Shown: positions 9,059-18,367 of the stretch, in pieces | Layout of the letters: each line of letters starts with the position of its first letter | Position numbering within the stretch: the first letter of the stretch is position 1 | Assembly (NCBI GenBank): GCA_022842645.1 | Contig: JALHPE010000002.1 | Span: 1,322-65,321 of the forward strand | Reading direction: 5' to 3' | DNA: 64,000 nt | Source: Minisyncoccota bacterium | GTDB lineage: Bacteria > Patescibacteriota > Minisyncoccia > Phycocordibacterales > UBA2100 | Notes under the pieces: generated by a model | What the model was told of the DNA's origin: nothing | The model's input: only the letters and a program-made list of their open reading frames with translations | The model's database searches: none | Position numbers and translations under genes: made by a program

Positions 9059-9424
9059 TCAAACGCCATTTCCAAGCACGACACACCGAATAGAGCCTTT
9101 GGGGGGATACTCATCTGCTTCATTTGTAGCGCAGACATGGCTTCCAAGATCGGGGCTCGTTTTTTTGAGAATCTTTTCAGGCGGTACATCTTCCCACTCT
9201 CCGTCGACCAACACCTGTACTGTTTTTTGGTCTTCCGGAGAAATGCGATCCTGTGTTGGTCGGCAATCTTCGCCGTGGCAACACGGGATACCAGCGGGAT
9301 CTTTGAGAGTTTCGTACCACGGATGAAATTGTTCGTGGCCACTCCCATGGTGGCCATCTTGGGCGTGCGCGGAGGTCGTCAGCCCTAAAGCTAGTACGGC
9401 CAACACAAAGAACATTCTCGTCAT
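9059..9424 (-). CDS. Secreted small protein, His-rich N-terminus and conserved Cys pairs
   Basis: Signal peptide MTRMFFVLAVLALGLTTSAHA, then HHGSGHEQFHP and CCHGEDC. Confidence 0.4.
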   Translation of the reverse strand: MTRMFFVLAVLALGLTTSAHAQDGHHGSGHEQFHPWYETLKDPAGIPCCHGEDCRPTQDRISPEDQKTVQVLVDGEWEDVPPEKILKKTSPDLGSHVCATNEADEYPPKGSIRCVVLGNGV

Positions 9425-9491
9425 GATGTGTTCCTTTCACTGTTTGACGATGAGAGGAGGATACGCTCATCGAGAACGGGGTGCAAGTGTT

Positions 9492-10217
9492 TTATGAAAG
9501 TACTGAGGCGAGATACGAAAATGTTTCTTGGGGGTTTTGCACGGCGCGGGTGGGGATGATGCCGATGACTGTTTCGTCGTTACCGCCCGGGAAGAGGGCG
9601 TCGCCGATGTAGAGGCAGTCTTCCTCCCGCCAATTCATACGTTCAATCAGTGCCTTGCAGTTGAATCCTTTGTTTTTTCCTTTTTCGAAGATGTCGAGAC
9701 AGGTGGTGCCGCCCGAGCGGATTTCGATCGCGTGTTCTTCGGAGAGTTTCTGTACGTCGCTCTCAAATATCCGCAAGAGCTCAAGACGTTTTGCGTGATC
9801 CGGATCAAACGCCTCCTTTTTTGCTATGTCTTCATGATGACCAATGAGGCTGTACGATATTTGTGAACCACGGTCTTCAATCAGGTCATGTTCGTCCTTC
9901 ACTACAAGCTGGAGATGGTCTTTCATTTTGGAAATGAGGCCAATGACCGCGCTCTTTTGTGTGGTGGAAAGTTTACGATCCCACAGAGGCGAGCCATCCG
10001 GCGCAAGAGCGGAATTCCCATTCTGACCAAGAGAAAAATACCCGTTTGCGAGTTCGGGTTCGAGCTGCAGTGCTTGTTGTGCGCGCGTTGCTCCGGATAC
10101 CACAATGACATGAGCACGCTCCGAGAGTGTTTTTAAAATAACCGCGTGCTCAGGGGTGATATGGGAGCGGCTGCGAGTGAGCGTGTTGTCGAGATCAAAA
10201 AAGAAGTGTTTTGGCAT
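9492..10217 (-). CDS. HAD-IIB (Cof-like) phosphatase
   Basis: FFFDLDNTLT motif I and GDALFPGGNDETV motif IV. Confidence 0.65.
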   Translation of the reverse strand: MPKHFFFDLDNTLTRSRSHITPEHAVILKTLSERAHVIVVSGATRAQQALQLEPELANGYFSLGQNGNSALAPDGSPLWDRKLSTTQKSAVIGLISKMKDHLQLVVKDEHDLIEDRGSQISYSLIGHHEDIAKKEAFDPDHAKRLELLRIFESDVQKLSEEHAIEIRSGGTTCLDIFEKGKNKGFNCKALIERMNWREEDCLYIGDALFPGGNDETVIGIIPTRAVQNPQETFSYLASVLS

Positions 10218-10266
10218 GCCGCGATTTTAGCACAAAGGGGCTTTCGAGGTGTTGGGGGAGCGTGTC

Positions 10267-11472
10267 TTAGTCGTCGCGGCCTGATTCATCCTTCCCGCGC
10301 GATTCGTCTTTATTGTTGCTTCCTGAGTTACTCGAGTCTTCGTCGCGTTCTTCGGACTCATTCGATTTCTCATGTTTTACACGAGCTTTTTCAAGAATAG
10401 TTTCTGAATCAAAGAAAACGCTCGTGCGTTCGCTTTGTTCAAGCGAGGCGCGGAAGGAGAAGAACGCCGCTGCGTAGTTTTCTGTTTCGAGAAGATCCTC
10501 TCCCTCTTCGAGAAGGTTCTCAGCGATTTCGAGCTCGGCACGTGCCGCATCTGATTTGCGTGCCTTTTTCTGCGTCTCTTTCAATTTATACTCTGCCGCC
10601 TTTTGCATGTGCTCTGCGGTGTTTCGTTCGACTGCAGATTCTGGTACGGATTCTGCCATAGGCGTGGCCGCTTCAAAGGGTGCATCAAATGTCTCCGCCA
10701 TATTCGCCGATTCTGCGGTGAATGCAGCCGGAGCTGCTTTCATAGCCATTGTTGCAGCTGCAGGCTCAAAGACTTCCTCAGGATTGCCGCCGAGTGCTGG
10801 AGCGAGTGCGAGGCGCACCTCGGTGCGTTCTCGTAGGAGCGCAACACGGCTGCTCGCCTCGCGGATGGAGCGCTGGACGCTTGTTTCTGATTCGTTTTCC
10901 ATTCTCTGACGCACTCGTGCAAACACATCTTCGCGCGCGCGAAGACGTGTTTCAAAACGTGCCGAGAGCGCGACGGCGGTGTTGGCGTCTTCTTCGTCTA
11001 TTTCCTCAACTAAAGTTGCTGCGCTTGCGGCGTGCGCGTCGAGTGCGACGGCAAGCTGTGCTTCCGTTGCCTCGTCAAGGCGGTCGTCGGCTGCGAGTTC
11101 TGCGGCTTCTTGAATGCGACGCTCGGCGAGCTCGATTTCCACCTCAGCCTCTTCCTCGGCGCTCGAGGCAAGTGCGACTTTTAGTGGCTCGTTCACACTG
11201 GTTTTGATTGTGTAAAGCGTGTCGCCAGGAAGCGCGCCTTCTGCGGCATAAGAAACGCCCGAGCCAACGACCAAGACGAGAACGAGCGATGCGGCGATCG
11301 GGCGCTGGAGGAAAATAAACCAATCACGGGTCACGGTGTATGTAGTGATTGGTTCTGGAGCAGGGTGGAAGCGCATGTAGCCTTGGAGCACATTTTTCAT
11401 GCGCGCTTTTTCAGCGTCGGAAAGGACGACGTTTGAAGTTGCTTTTTTTATGTGTTTTTCGAAATTAGTCAT
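10267..11472 (-). CDS. Putative membrane-anchored anti-sigma factor (single TM, Ala/Glu-rich extracytoplasmic region, acidic Ser-rich tail)
   Basis: Directly downstream of the ECF sigma, overlapping it by about 8 nt. One TM helix (ASLVLVLVVGSGVSYAA). Confidence 0.4.
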   Translation of the reverse strand: MTNFEKHIKKATSNVVLSDAEKARMKNVLQGYMRFHPAPEPITTYTVTRDWFIFLQRPIAASLVLVLVVGSGVSYAAEGALPGDTLYTIKTSVNEPLKVALASSAEEEAEVEIELAERRIQEAAELAADDRLDEATEAQLAVALDAHAASAATLVEEIDEEDANTAVALSARFETRLRAREDVFARVRQRMENESETSVQRSIREASSRVALLRERTEVRLALAPALGGNPEEVFEPAAATMAMKAAPAAFTAESANMAETFDAPFEAATPMAESVPESAVERNTAEHMQKAAEYKLKETQKKARKSDAARAELEIAENLLEEGEDLLETENYAAAFFSFRASLEQSERTSVFFDSETILEKARVKHEKSNESEERDEDSSNSGSNNKDESRGKDESGRDD

Positions 11473-12004
11473 GGTGTTCTTCGGCGCAGAGTGCGCGCAG
11501 CTTTGTGATGCCTCGATGAATGCGGACGGAGATTACGTTCTCGCTCTCTCCCAGAAGCTCAGCGATTTCTTTTGGCGAGAGTTCGTCAACGAAACGCATA
11601 GTAACCGCTTCGCGATACATCGTCGGCAATTCTTGCAGACGTTCACGAATGCGCGTGCCCAGGATTTTTTCGTCGAGCTCAGTTTCTGTCTCGCTTCTCC
11701 CGCCCTCAGCCATGCGTGCCTCAAACGCGCCCATATCGTCTTCGAGTATTTCGTCGAGCGAGGAAGACTTGCGCTTCCGGTACTCGTCGATGATGAGGTT
11801 ATTCAAAATGCGATACAGAAAACTTTTGAAATCGCGCACGTCGCCGCCCCCCTGCAGAAAATCCCAGGTTTTGAGGAACGCATCTTGTGTGAGCTCCTCT
11901 GCGCGTTCACGGTTTGAAAGCCGGAAAAACGCATGCCTGAAAAGCGCATCGGCGTATGCCTCGAACGCCTCGAGATAGTCTGCTTCAAAAGAGGGGCCTG
12001 TCAT
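11465..12004 (-). CDS. ECF-type RNA polymerase sigma factor (sigma-70 family regions 2 and 4)
   Basis: Region 2 (YRILNNLIIDEYRKR) and region 4 HTH (LSPKEIAELLGESENVISVRIHRG). Start set at MTGPSF with a GGAGG RBS. Confidence 0.8.
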   Translation of the reverse strand: MTGPSFEADYLEAFEAYADALFRHAFFRLSNRERAEELTQDAFLKTWDFLQGGGDVRDFKSFLYRILNNLIIDEYRKRKSSSLDEILEDDMGAFEARMAEGGRSETETELDEKILGTRIRERLQELPTMYREAVTMRFVDELSPKEIAELLGESENVISVRIHRGITKLRALCAEEHHD

Positions 12005-12202
12005 ACTAGACGGAAAAGGCGCCTCCGCATTACGGAGGGAGCCTCTATCTATTGTAGGCGGCTGGGTGATGGGGGACAAGGTCTAACTTGAGACTGCGGA
12101 GGGGCTTTAAAAAATTGTGGTTATTTAACCTCACGTTTCTTTATAAGTGTAAGTTCCAGGCAGAGGTTAAAGTCTACAAAATTGCACGAAGCGTTTCTCC
12201 AT

Positions 12203-13111
12203 TTAATCAAAAATCCGTGCCAAATAGGCATTAATTTCGCGCTGGTCGAGGTCGTAGAAGTACTTGTTTTCTGCGTGGAGGCGGGTGGCAAGATCGACCC
12301 CCACGAATCGCCAGTGCCAGGGTTCATATTGGAAAAAGGTATTGCCTTTCGGGTAGGAGAGCACGAAGCCATACTTATGTGCGTTCTTCACCAGCCAGTC
12401 ATACTGCGATGTCTCGCCAAAACTTGGCACTAGGCTCGCAGGTTTTTCCGGAGTGACGAAATCGATCGTTGAGCCAAGCTGGTGTTCGGAATAGCCTTGA
12501 TCGGCAGAAAATTTGTTGGCGGTACCCGCGCCGTAGGTCACTTTGTAGCCAGATTTCACCGCACTTTGTTCGCTAAACGAGCGATATGCAGAAAGAATTA
12601 AAAGCGGAGCGCCATCTGCTTTCGCCGCTTGCATCATGGAGCGCAGAAACGGCATAACGCCACCATGGATCATTGCGTTTGCATCTTTGCGAGCAAGTAA
12701 ATCCGCATCGATGGGTACGAGCGGATCAGGAATAAAATTTTCACTCAGAAAATAGACCGATGAATATTTTTGAAGAAGCTCGCGATCGGTTTTGGATAGT
12801 TTGTCGAGGAGACTGACGCTGCTCGCGAGTGTCTCGACGCGCTTACCGAACGCTTCGTTCTCAGCGGCCGCTTGTTGGAGTAGATTCTGCAAGCGATTAC
12901 GTTCTTCTTCCGTGCTCGAGAGTTTTTCTTGCAGCTCGGTTATCGATTGTTCTCGAGAACCAAGCTCAGCGCGTATCGCAACGAGATCGGTGTGCCCGCG
13001 CCACAGAAAAAACGCTCCCGCGCCAAGCGCGAGAGTAGAGATGGCGAGAGCGGAATGGAGCCAGAAAGAATGATGTTTGAAAAAGGTATGCACCGGCGCA
13101 TTGTACGTCAC
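12203..13111 (-). CDS. D-alanyl-D-alanine carboxypeptidase, VanY/peptidase M15B family, N-terminal TM + coiled coil
   Basis: SEHQLGSTIDF and EPWHWRF zinc-binding motifs. Confidence 0.7.
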   Translation of the reverse strand: MTYNAPVHTFFKHHSFWLHSALAISTLALGAGAFFLWRGHTDLVAIRAELGSREQSITELQEKLSSTEEERNRLQNLLQQAAAENEAFGKRVETLASSVSLLDKLSKTDRELLQKYSSVYFLSENFIPDPLVPIDADLLARKDANAMIHGGVMPFLRSMMQAAKADGAPLLILSAYRSFSEQSAVKSGYKVTYGAGTANKFSADQGYSEHQLGSTIDFVTPEKPASLVPSFGETSQYDWLVKNAHKYGFVLSYPKGNTFFQYEPWHWRFVGVDLATRLHAENKYFYDLDQREINAYLARIFD

Positions 13112-13115
13112 TTTT

Positions 13116-13325
13116 TCAACTCGTCACAGGAATGAGTTTCCCTAGGATCATGCTTACTATTTCAGAGTGAGAGGGGAGCGGTTCTTCGGGGTGTTTCTCG
13201 CGGAGGTGTTTGTGGAGTACGCCCGCACTCCAGCGCGTCGTCAGGATATGCACGGCTTCACGGCGCGTGGGCGCTTCCACTGCAGCGATTTCTCCGCATG
13301 AGCACATGATGGTGAATGTCATCAT
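13116..13325 (-). CDS. Possible small Cys-containing protein
   Basis: 69-aa ORF with a GGGGGA RBS-like element. No recognised domain. Confidence 0.2.
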   Translation of the reverse strand: MMTFTIMCSCGEIAAVEAPTRREAVHILTTRWSAGVLHKHLREKHPEEPLPSHSEIVSMILGKLIPVTS

Positions 13326-13648
13326 AGTTCACTCGATCCCCCGATGGAGAAACCCGCTCTCGCGGGCTTCTCAACGAGCTTATTCGTTCAGGAATTGGGG
13401 TTCTGCTTTCGCGTTACGTGGGCTCCCAGTCGGATCCCTAAGATGCGTATGAGAACCATCCTGAAAGAACAAACTTCAATTTCAAGTGTGTGTTAAAGAG
13501 CGCAAAAGTCAATCGCTCTTTTTCGCGATTTTCGGGGAGAATAGGTGGACAACTATGTGCATAACCTCGATTTTTCTGGGGATTGTGTGCGTCGCAACAG
13601 GATGACTTTGCTGGTGTTGGGGATTTTGGTGCATGGTACACTTTTAGC

Positions 13649-14227
13649 ATGATCGAACATTATGCCGCCAGGACGCACGAAAAAATGCGTGAGGTTTTGA
13701 TGGCGCCGGATGCGCCCGGGCCGAACATTCATTACTACATGATTCGCGGTGGGAGCGAGCAGAAGAATGTGACGGTATGGGAGCCTGGCACAGTGGGTGG
13801 CGAATACATTAAGACGTATGGCCACTATCACATTGGGCAGCTCGATGAGACGTATTGGGTCTTACTTGGTGAGGGTGTGATTCTCCAGCAGAAACTGGTA
13901 GATGAAACAGATCCTGCACGCATCGAACTTTTTCGTGCGATTGTCGTAAAGCCGGGGGACTCCGTCTACATGCCACCAGGGCACGGGCACTTGGCAGTGA
14001 ATATCGGAAAGACTTATTTCGTAACCGCGGATGACAGCCCCGTCAACTTTGATGAAAAAAATCCTATTGCCATGCCGGGGCACGCCGACTACACGATGGT
14101 GCAGAAAATGCGCGGCTTTGCCTACTACGTCGTCGAGCGCGACGGGAGCCCCGCGCTTTTGAAAAATCCGCTTTACACCGAGGTGCAAAAAACTGATTTT
14201 GGGGGGTTGCCGGTGGTTACATCTTAA
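13649..14227 (+). CDS. Cupin-type glucose-6-phosphate isomerase (archaeal cPGI-like)
   Basis: TYGHYH...ETYWVL and PPGHGHLAVNIG match the cupin PGI metal-binding motifs (TxGHxH...E..Y / PP..H..N.G). Confidence 0.55.
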   Translation: MIEHYAARTHEKMREVLMAPDAPGPNIHYYMIRGGSEQKNVTVWEPGTVGGEYIKTYGHYHIGQLDETYWVLLGEGVILQQKLVDETDPARIELFRAIVVKPGDSVYMPPGHGHLAVNIGKTYFVTADDSPVNFDEKNPIAMPGHADYTMVQKMRGFAYYVVERDGSPALLKNPLYTEVQKTDFGGLPVVTS

Positions 14228-14260
14228 TCATGGCTGAGAAAAAACTTCCGGAAGAAAAAT

Positions 14261-15499
14261 ATGCGTGACCAAGGGCCCAGAATATTCCCCGAAGGGTTTT
14301 ACTGGGGCGCGGCAACGGCCTCCTATCAAGTCGAGGGCGGCATCGAAAATTGTGATTGGGCGGAGGCGGCGCGAGAGGGTAAGGTGCCTCCGTGCGGCAT
14401 CGCGTGTGATCACTACAATCGATACGAAAAGGATTTTGATATCGCGAAAGAGCTCGGACACAACTGTCACCGCATTTCTGTTGAGTGGGCGCGGATTGAA
14501 CCAGAGGAAGGGAAGTTTGATGAGCGTGAAATCGGGCACTATCTCGCGGTCTTAGCGGCACTCCGCGCGCGCCACATAAAACCCTTCATTACCATGTGGC
14601 ACTTCACCCTACCGCAGTGGTTTGTGGAGAAAGGAGGTTTTGAAAATCCCGAGGCACCGAAAATTTTTGCGCGCTATTGCGGCTATGTTGCGCAAAAACT
14701 CGGCAACGACTGTCGGCACTTCTCAACCATGAACGAACCGCTAGTTTTTGCATCGAATGGTTGGCGACGCGGCACCTGGCCACCCTTTAAGGCGTGGCCA
14801 CTTATGGAGCATGCGCTTCAAGCGGTGCCGGGGGCTCGTCCGTTTGTCGAGAAACGCACGGCACTTAGAAACGTGTTTCTCTACTTTAAAATAGCAAAAA
14901 ATCTAGCGCGTGCGCATAACGCCGCATACGACGCAATTAAAGCGGCCGCATTTGGAGCAGAAGTGGGCGTCGTGCACCAGGTCATCCTCTTTCATGCGAA
15001 TTGGAACCCGCTTAATAAATTATTTGCCGCACTTCTCAATTGGCACTGGACGCATCAGTTTATAAAACGCATCGTGCGCAAAACTGATTCGATTGGCGTG
15101 AATTACTATCTTCACAAAAAATTCGGCGACACGCGCGCGTACGAAAAAACCGACATGGGATGGGATGTCTACCCTGAGGGGCTTTGTGGCGCGCTGCTTA
15201 TGCTGAAGCGGTATCAGAAGCCTCTTTGGGTAAGCGAGGCGGGCGTTGCAGATGCGCACGATGCAATCCGCGCAGACTATATCACCCGCCTTGTACACGC
15301 TATGCATATGGCTATCGAAAAAGGAGCGGATGTGCGCGGCTTCATGTACTGGTCGCTTCTTGATAATTACGAATGGGCGCAAGGATTTGAAAAACGATTT
15401 GGGCTGGTTGAAATTGACTATACGACTTTGGAGCGAAACGTGCGCCCGAGCGCCTACGTGTATAAGGAGATTATTGAGCGAAATGGGTTGGTAGAATAA
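14261..15499 (+). CDS. Glycoside hydrolase family 1 (beta-glucosidase-like)
   Basis: N-terminal FYWGAATASYQVEGG and acid/base TMNEP. The nucleophile region WVSEAG deviates from canonical ITENG. Confidence 0.7.
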   Translation: MRDQGPRIFPEGFYWGAATASYQVEGGIENCDWAEAAREGKVPPCGIACDHYNRYEKDFDIAKELGHNCHRISVEWARIEPEEGKFDEREIGHYLAVLAALRARHIKPFITMWHFTLPQWFVEKGGFENPEAPKIFARYCGYVAQKLGNDCRHFSTMNEPLVFASNGWRRGTWPPFKAWPLMEHALQAVPGARPFVEKRTALRNVFLYFKIAKNLARAHNAAYDAIKAAAFGAEVGVVHQVILFHANWNPLNKLFAALLNWHWTHQFIKRIVRKTDSIGVNYYLHKKFGDTRAYEKTDMGWDVYPEGLCGALLMLKRYQKPLWVSEAGVADAHDAIRADYITRLVHAMHMAIEKGADVRGFMYWSLLDNYEWAQGFEKRFGLVEIDYTTLERNVRPSAYVYKEIIERNGLVE

Positions 15500-15503
15500 G
15501 CGA

Positions 15504-16400
15504 ATGGCGTATCTCGCGCTTGCGGTTTTTGCACAATTTCTCTTTGCCGTTTCGGTCTTAATTGATCGGCATATCGTTTTGAAGGCAACGCATATCGGGC
15601 GGCCGATTGTTTATGCGTTTTATGTATCACTCCTCTCAGGTTTCGTGATCGTGTTTGCGCCATTTGTTTCGGTACCAGACACGCACGCGCTCGCACTCTC
15701 GTTGGTGAACGCCGCCGCGTTCGTCGCGGCAATCTTTTGTCTTTACTCGGCGCTTTTGCACGCGCGCGCGTCAGATGTCGCACCGGTTGTGGGTGCTGTT
15801 TCAGCAATTACGACGCTCGTCTTTGCGGGGCTCTGGATTGAAGGGGACATCACTGCCTCTCTGGTGCTTCCTGTTCTTTTACTTGCGGGGGGCACCGCAC
15901 TCATTTCTCATTTTCACTTTTCGCGGCACGCACTGTTTCTCACACTCATCTCCGGATTTTTCTTCGGCATCGTGGCATTTAGTTTTAAGCTCGTCTCCAT
16001 TGAATTGCCTTTTATTGACAGCTTCTTCTGGACACGCGCCATGAACGTGGTTCTTGCGCTTGGGCTGCTTGTTGTTCCAGCGTGGCGTGCGGCCATTTTC
16101 CATGGGGGCAAACGCTCATCATCCCGCGCCAAGGGCTTGGTCTTGGGAAACAAAATTATTGGTGGTGTTGCGAGCATTTTCACCGCGCTTGCGATCTCCC
16201 TCGGCTCAGTCACAGTGGTTAACTCGCTCGCAGGGCTCCAGTTCGTGTTTCTCTTTATCTTTGCGCTCCTCTTCGCAAAGCATATGCCGCGCGAAGGCAG
16301 TCGCACGCACGGGCATGGTGGCGCGCCGTCTGCAACTGGCGTCGCGCTGATTGTGTTTGGTCTCGCACTCATATCCCTTGGGCACTATCTTGAACTATGA
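15504..16400 (+). CDS. Polytopic membrane transporter (DMT/EamA-like, about 10 TM)
   Basis: Hydrophobicity pattern only. Confidence 0.35.
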   Translation: MAYLALAVFAQFLFAVSVLIDRHIVLKATHIGRPIVYAFYVSLLSGFVIVFAPFVSVPDTHALALSLVNAAAFVAAIFCLYSALLHARASDVAPVVGAVSAITTLVFAGLWIEGDITASLVLPVLLLAGGTALISHFHFSRHALFLTLISGFFFGIVAFSFKLVSIELPFIDSFFWTRAMNVVLALGLLVVPAWRAAIFHGGKRSSSRAKGLVLGNKIIGGVASIFTALAISLGSVTVVNSLAGLQFVFLFIFALLFAKHMPREGSRTHGHGGAPSATGVALIVFGLALISLGHYLEL

Positions 16401-17383
16401 GTCGCAGCGCGAAGATCCTCCTCTCGATTCTCGTCTTTCTCGGTGCGTTGTGGGCGCTTTCGTATCGCGCAGAGCCGGAGCGCATAGAGTATGGTGTCAC
16501 CTTTAGCCCCATGTATGCGGAAGAACTCGGGCTCGAGTGGCGAGAAGTCTACCGCGCAATGCTTGAAGAACTCGGCGTAAAGAGGCTTCGTCTCGCTGCA
16601 TACTGGGAATACTCCGAGCCGGAACGCGACGTGTACGATTGGCGCGATCTTGATTTCCAAATTAGAGAGGCAAAAAAACACAATGCGGAAATAATTCTCT
16701 CAATCGGGCGACGTCTTCCGCGTTGGCCAGAGTGTCATGTGCCGTATTGGGTTGGCTACATGCCATGGGAGGAGCAGAAAATGGAGATCAGACAATATCT
16801 CACGGCGGTTGTAGAGCGATATCGTGATGAAGAAGCGATTGTCATGTGGCAGGTGGAGAACGAGCCGTTTCTGCGCGTATTTGCCACAGAACACTGCGGC
16901 GAACTCGACGTTGAATTTTTTGATGAAGAGCTTGCACTCGTGCGTTCTCTTGATAATCGCCCCATTTTAATCACTGACGGCGGGAATACCGGGCTGTGGG
17001 CCGGGGCGTATAAACGCGCGGATGTGTTCGGGACGAGCATGTACCTCTATTTCTGGAACGAAACGGCCGGGGCATTTCGTACTGCACTTCCGTCATCGTA
17101 CTATCGTGTGAAGACCAATCTTATGCGAATACTTTTTGGCGAGCGCGAGGTCATTCTCTCAGAACTCTCGCTTGAGCCATGGTTTGGTGCAGCGGTGGAA
17201 ACAGTGCCAATTCCAGAACAAATCAACCGCATGAGTCTTGAAAAGATAGAAGAAATACTTGCGTATGCAAAAAGTTCGCGCCTCGGGACGCAGTACCTAT
17301 GGGGCGTTGAGTGGTGGTACTACATGCGCGAAAAGGGACATCCTGAATTTTGGGAGCGGATGAAAAGGGTGTACGCTGAGTAG
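16397..17383 (+). CDS. Membrane-anchored TIM-barrel glycoside hydrolase (GH5-like clan GH-A)
   Basis: N-terminal TM/signal region and WQVENEP acid/base motif. ATGA overlap with the upstream gene. Confidence 0.45.
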   Translation: MSRSAKILLSILVFLGALWALSYRAEPERIEYGVTFSPMYAEELGLEWREVYRAMLEELGVKRLRLAAYWEYSEPERDVYDWRDLDFQIREAKKHNAEIILSIGRRLPRWPECHVPYWVGYMPWEEQKMEIRQYLTAVVERYRDEEAIVMWQVENEPFLRVFATEHCGELDVEFFDEELALVRSLDNRPILITDGGNTGLWAGAYKRADVFGTSMYLYFWNETAGAFRTALPSSYYRVKTNLMRILFGEREVILSELSLEPWFGAAVETVPIPEQINRMSLEKIEEILAYAKSSRLGTQYLWGVEWWYYMREKGHPEFWERMKRVYAE

Positions 17384-17385
17384 TA

Positions 17386-17510
17386 TGAATCCCGTTAGAA
17401 GTCGCGGACGCACGGGGTATACTGTGCACATGCGGAGGTCGCGTTTATCAACTTTATGCCAAGTGAGAGACGGGACTCTATCGTCCGCGTCCTACTTCTA
17501 ACGGGATGAA
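17386..17510. promoter_or_regulatory. About 20-bp inverted repeat flanking an about 75-bp spacer, overlapping the ROK start codon
   Basis: CCCGTTAGAAGTCGCGGACG ... CGTCCGCGTCCTACTTCTAACGGG. The spacer contains TATACT. Confidence 0.4.
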
Positions 17511-18306
17511 TCTTGTCTTCGATATTGGGGGAACCAAATTGCGTGTTGCAATGGCAGAAGGGCACATACTTGGAGAGATAAAAAAAGTGCCAACACCTCT
17601 TGATCTTTCCGAAACCATTCGCACACTTACGGAAATCGCACAGAGTTTTAATGTTCCCTTAGAACGGGCCGCTGGATGTATTCCCGCACAGATACACAAA
17701 GAGCGTGGTGTATACGATGCGAATAACCGACCGCTGTGGGAGGGAAGACACATGGATCGTGAGCTTGCAGAAGTATTGCAGATGCCCGTACGTATTGAAA
17801 ACGACTGTGCGGTCATTGGACTGGGAGAACGCGAAGAGGGTGCGGGGAAGGGTTCGTCGCGTATGGCGTATGTCACCGTTTCCACGGGCGTGGGTGCAGC
17901 ACTTATTGTCGATGGAGACATTGTCGCCCCCGATGGATTTTTCTTCGGCCACACGCGAGTGCATAACACCGAGCTCGAACTTCTGGTCTCTGGCACTGCG
18001 ATAAAAAAGAAATTTGGCATCGAACCAAAAGATTTAGATTCTCTTGAAGAGCGAAACGCACTTGCCGAGATTCTTGCAGAGGGTTTAGTAACACTTGTCG
18101 AGACGTGGTCGCCAGACACCATTGTCTTGGGCGGCTCAATGATCGTCGGTATAAACCCGATTCCGCTCGAAAGAGTCGCCTCAGAGCTTGCCGAGCGACT
18201 CGTGATGCACCCAAATCTGCCTGCTGTAAAAATGGCTCAGTTAGGCGATAATGGAGGCCTTGTCGGCTCCGCAATTCTTGCGGAAAAGCTTGTGTCTCAG
18301 CAATAA
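17506..18306 (+). CDS. ROK-family sugar kinase (glucokinase-like; no N-terminal HTH)
   Basis: LVFDIGGTK ... ENDCAVIGLGE ... VSTGVGAAL. Confidence 0.75.
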   Translation: MNLVFDIGGTKLRVAMAEGHILGEIKKVPTPLDLSETIRTLTEIAQSFNVPLERAAGCIPAQIHKERGVYDANNRPLWEGRHMDRELAEVLQMPVRIENDCAVIGLGEREEGAGKGSSRMAYVTVSTGVGAALIVDGDIVAPDGFFFGHTRVHNTELELLVSGTAIKKKFGIEPKDLDSLEERNALAEILAEGLVTLVETWSPDTIVLGGSMIVGINPIPLERVASELAERLVMHPNLPAVKMAQLGDNGGLVGSAILAEKLVSQQ

Positions 18307-18324
18307 AATAGCTGGACCATACAC

Positions 18325-18349
18325 ATGTGGGACTTCGTAAGTCCCACAT
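18325..18349. repeat. REP palindrome ATGTGGGAC-TTCGTAA-GTCCCACAT
   Basis: Exact 9-bp stems. Confidence 0.8.
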
Positions 18350-18367
18350 GGACGTTAAGATGGGAGT

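Noticed and set aside
10749-11207. 152-aa Arg-rich ORF antisense to the anti-sigma gene
   Set aside because: Shadow ORF with the composition artefact of an Ala/Glu-rich coding region read in reverse.
13112-13648. Attempt to assign the long intergenic region to RNase P RNA, SRP RNA, tmRNA or 6S RNA
   Set aside because: None of the diagnostic conserved motifs were found by eye on either strand, e.g. the SRP CCGGAAGG-type domain IV, tmRNA-style tRNA-like ends, or RNase P P4 elements. It is left as an unassigned candidate.
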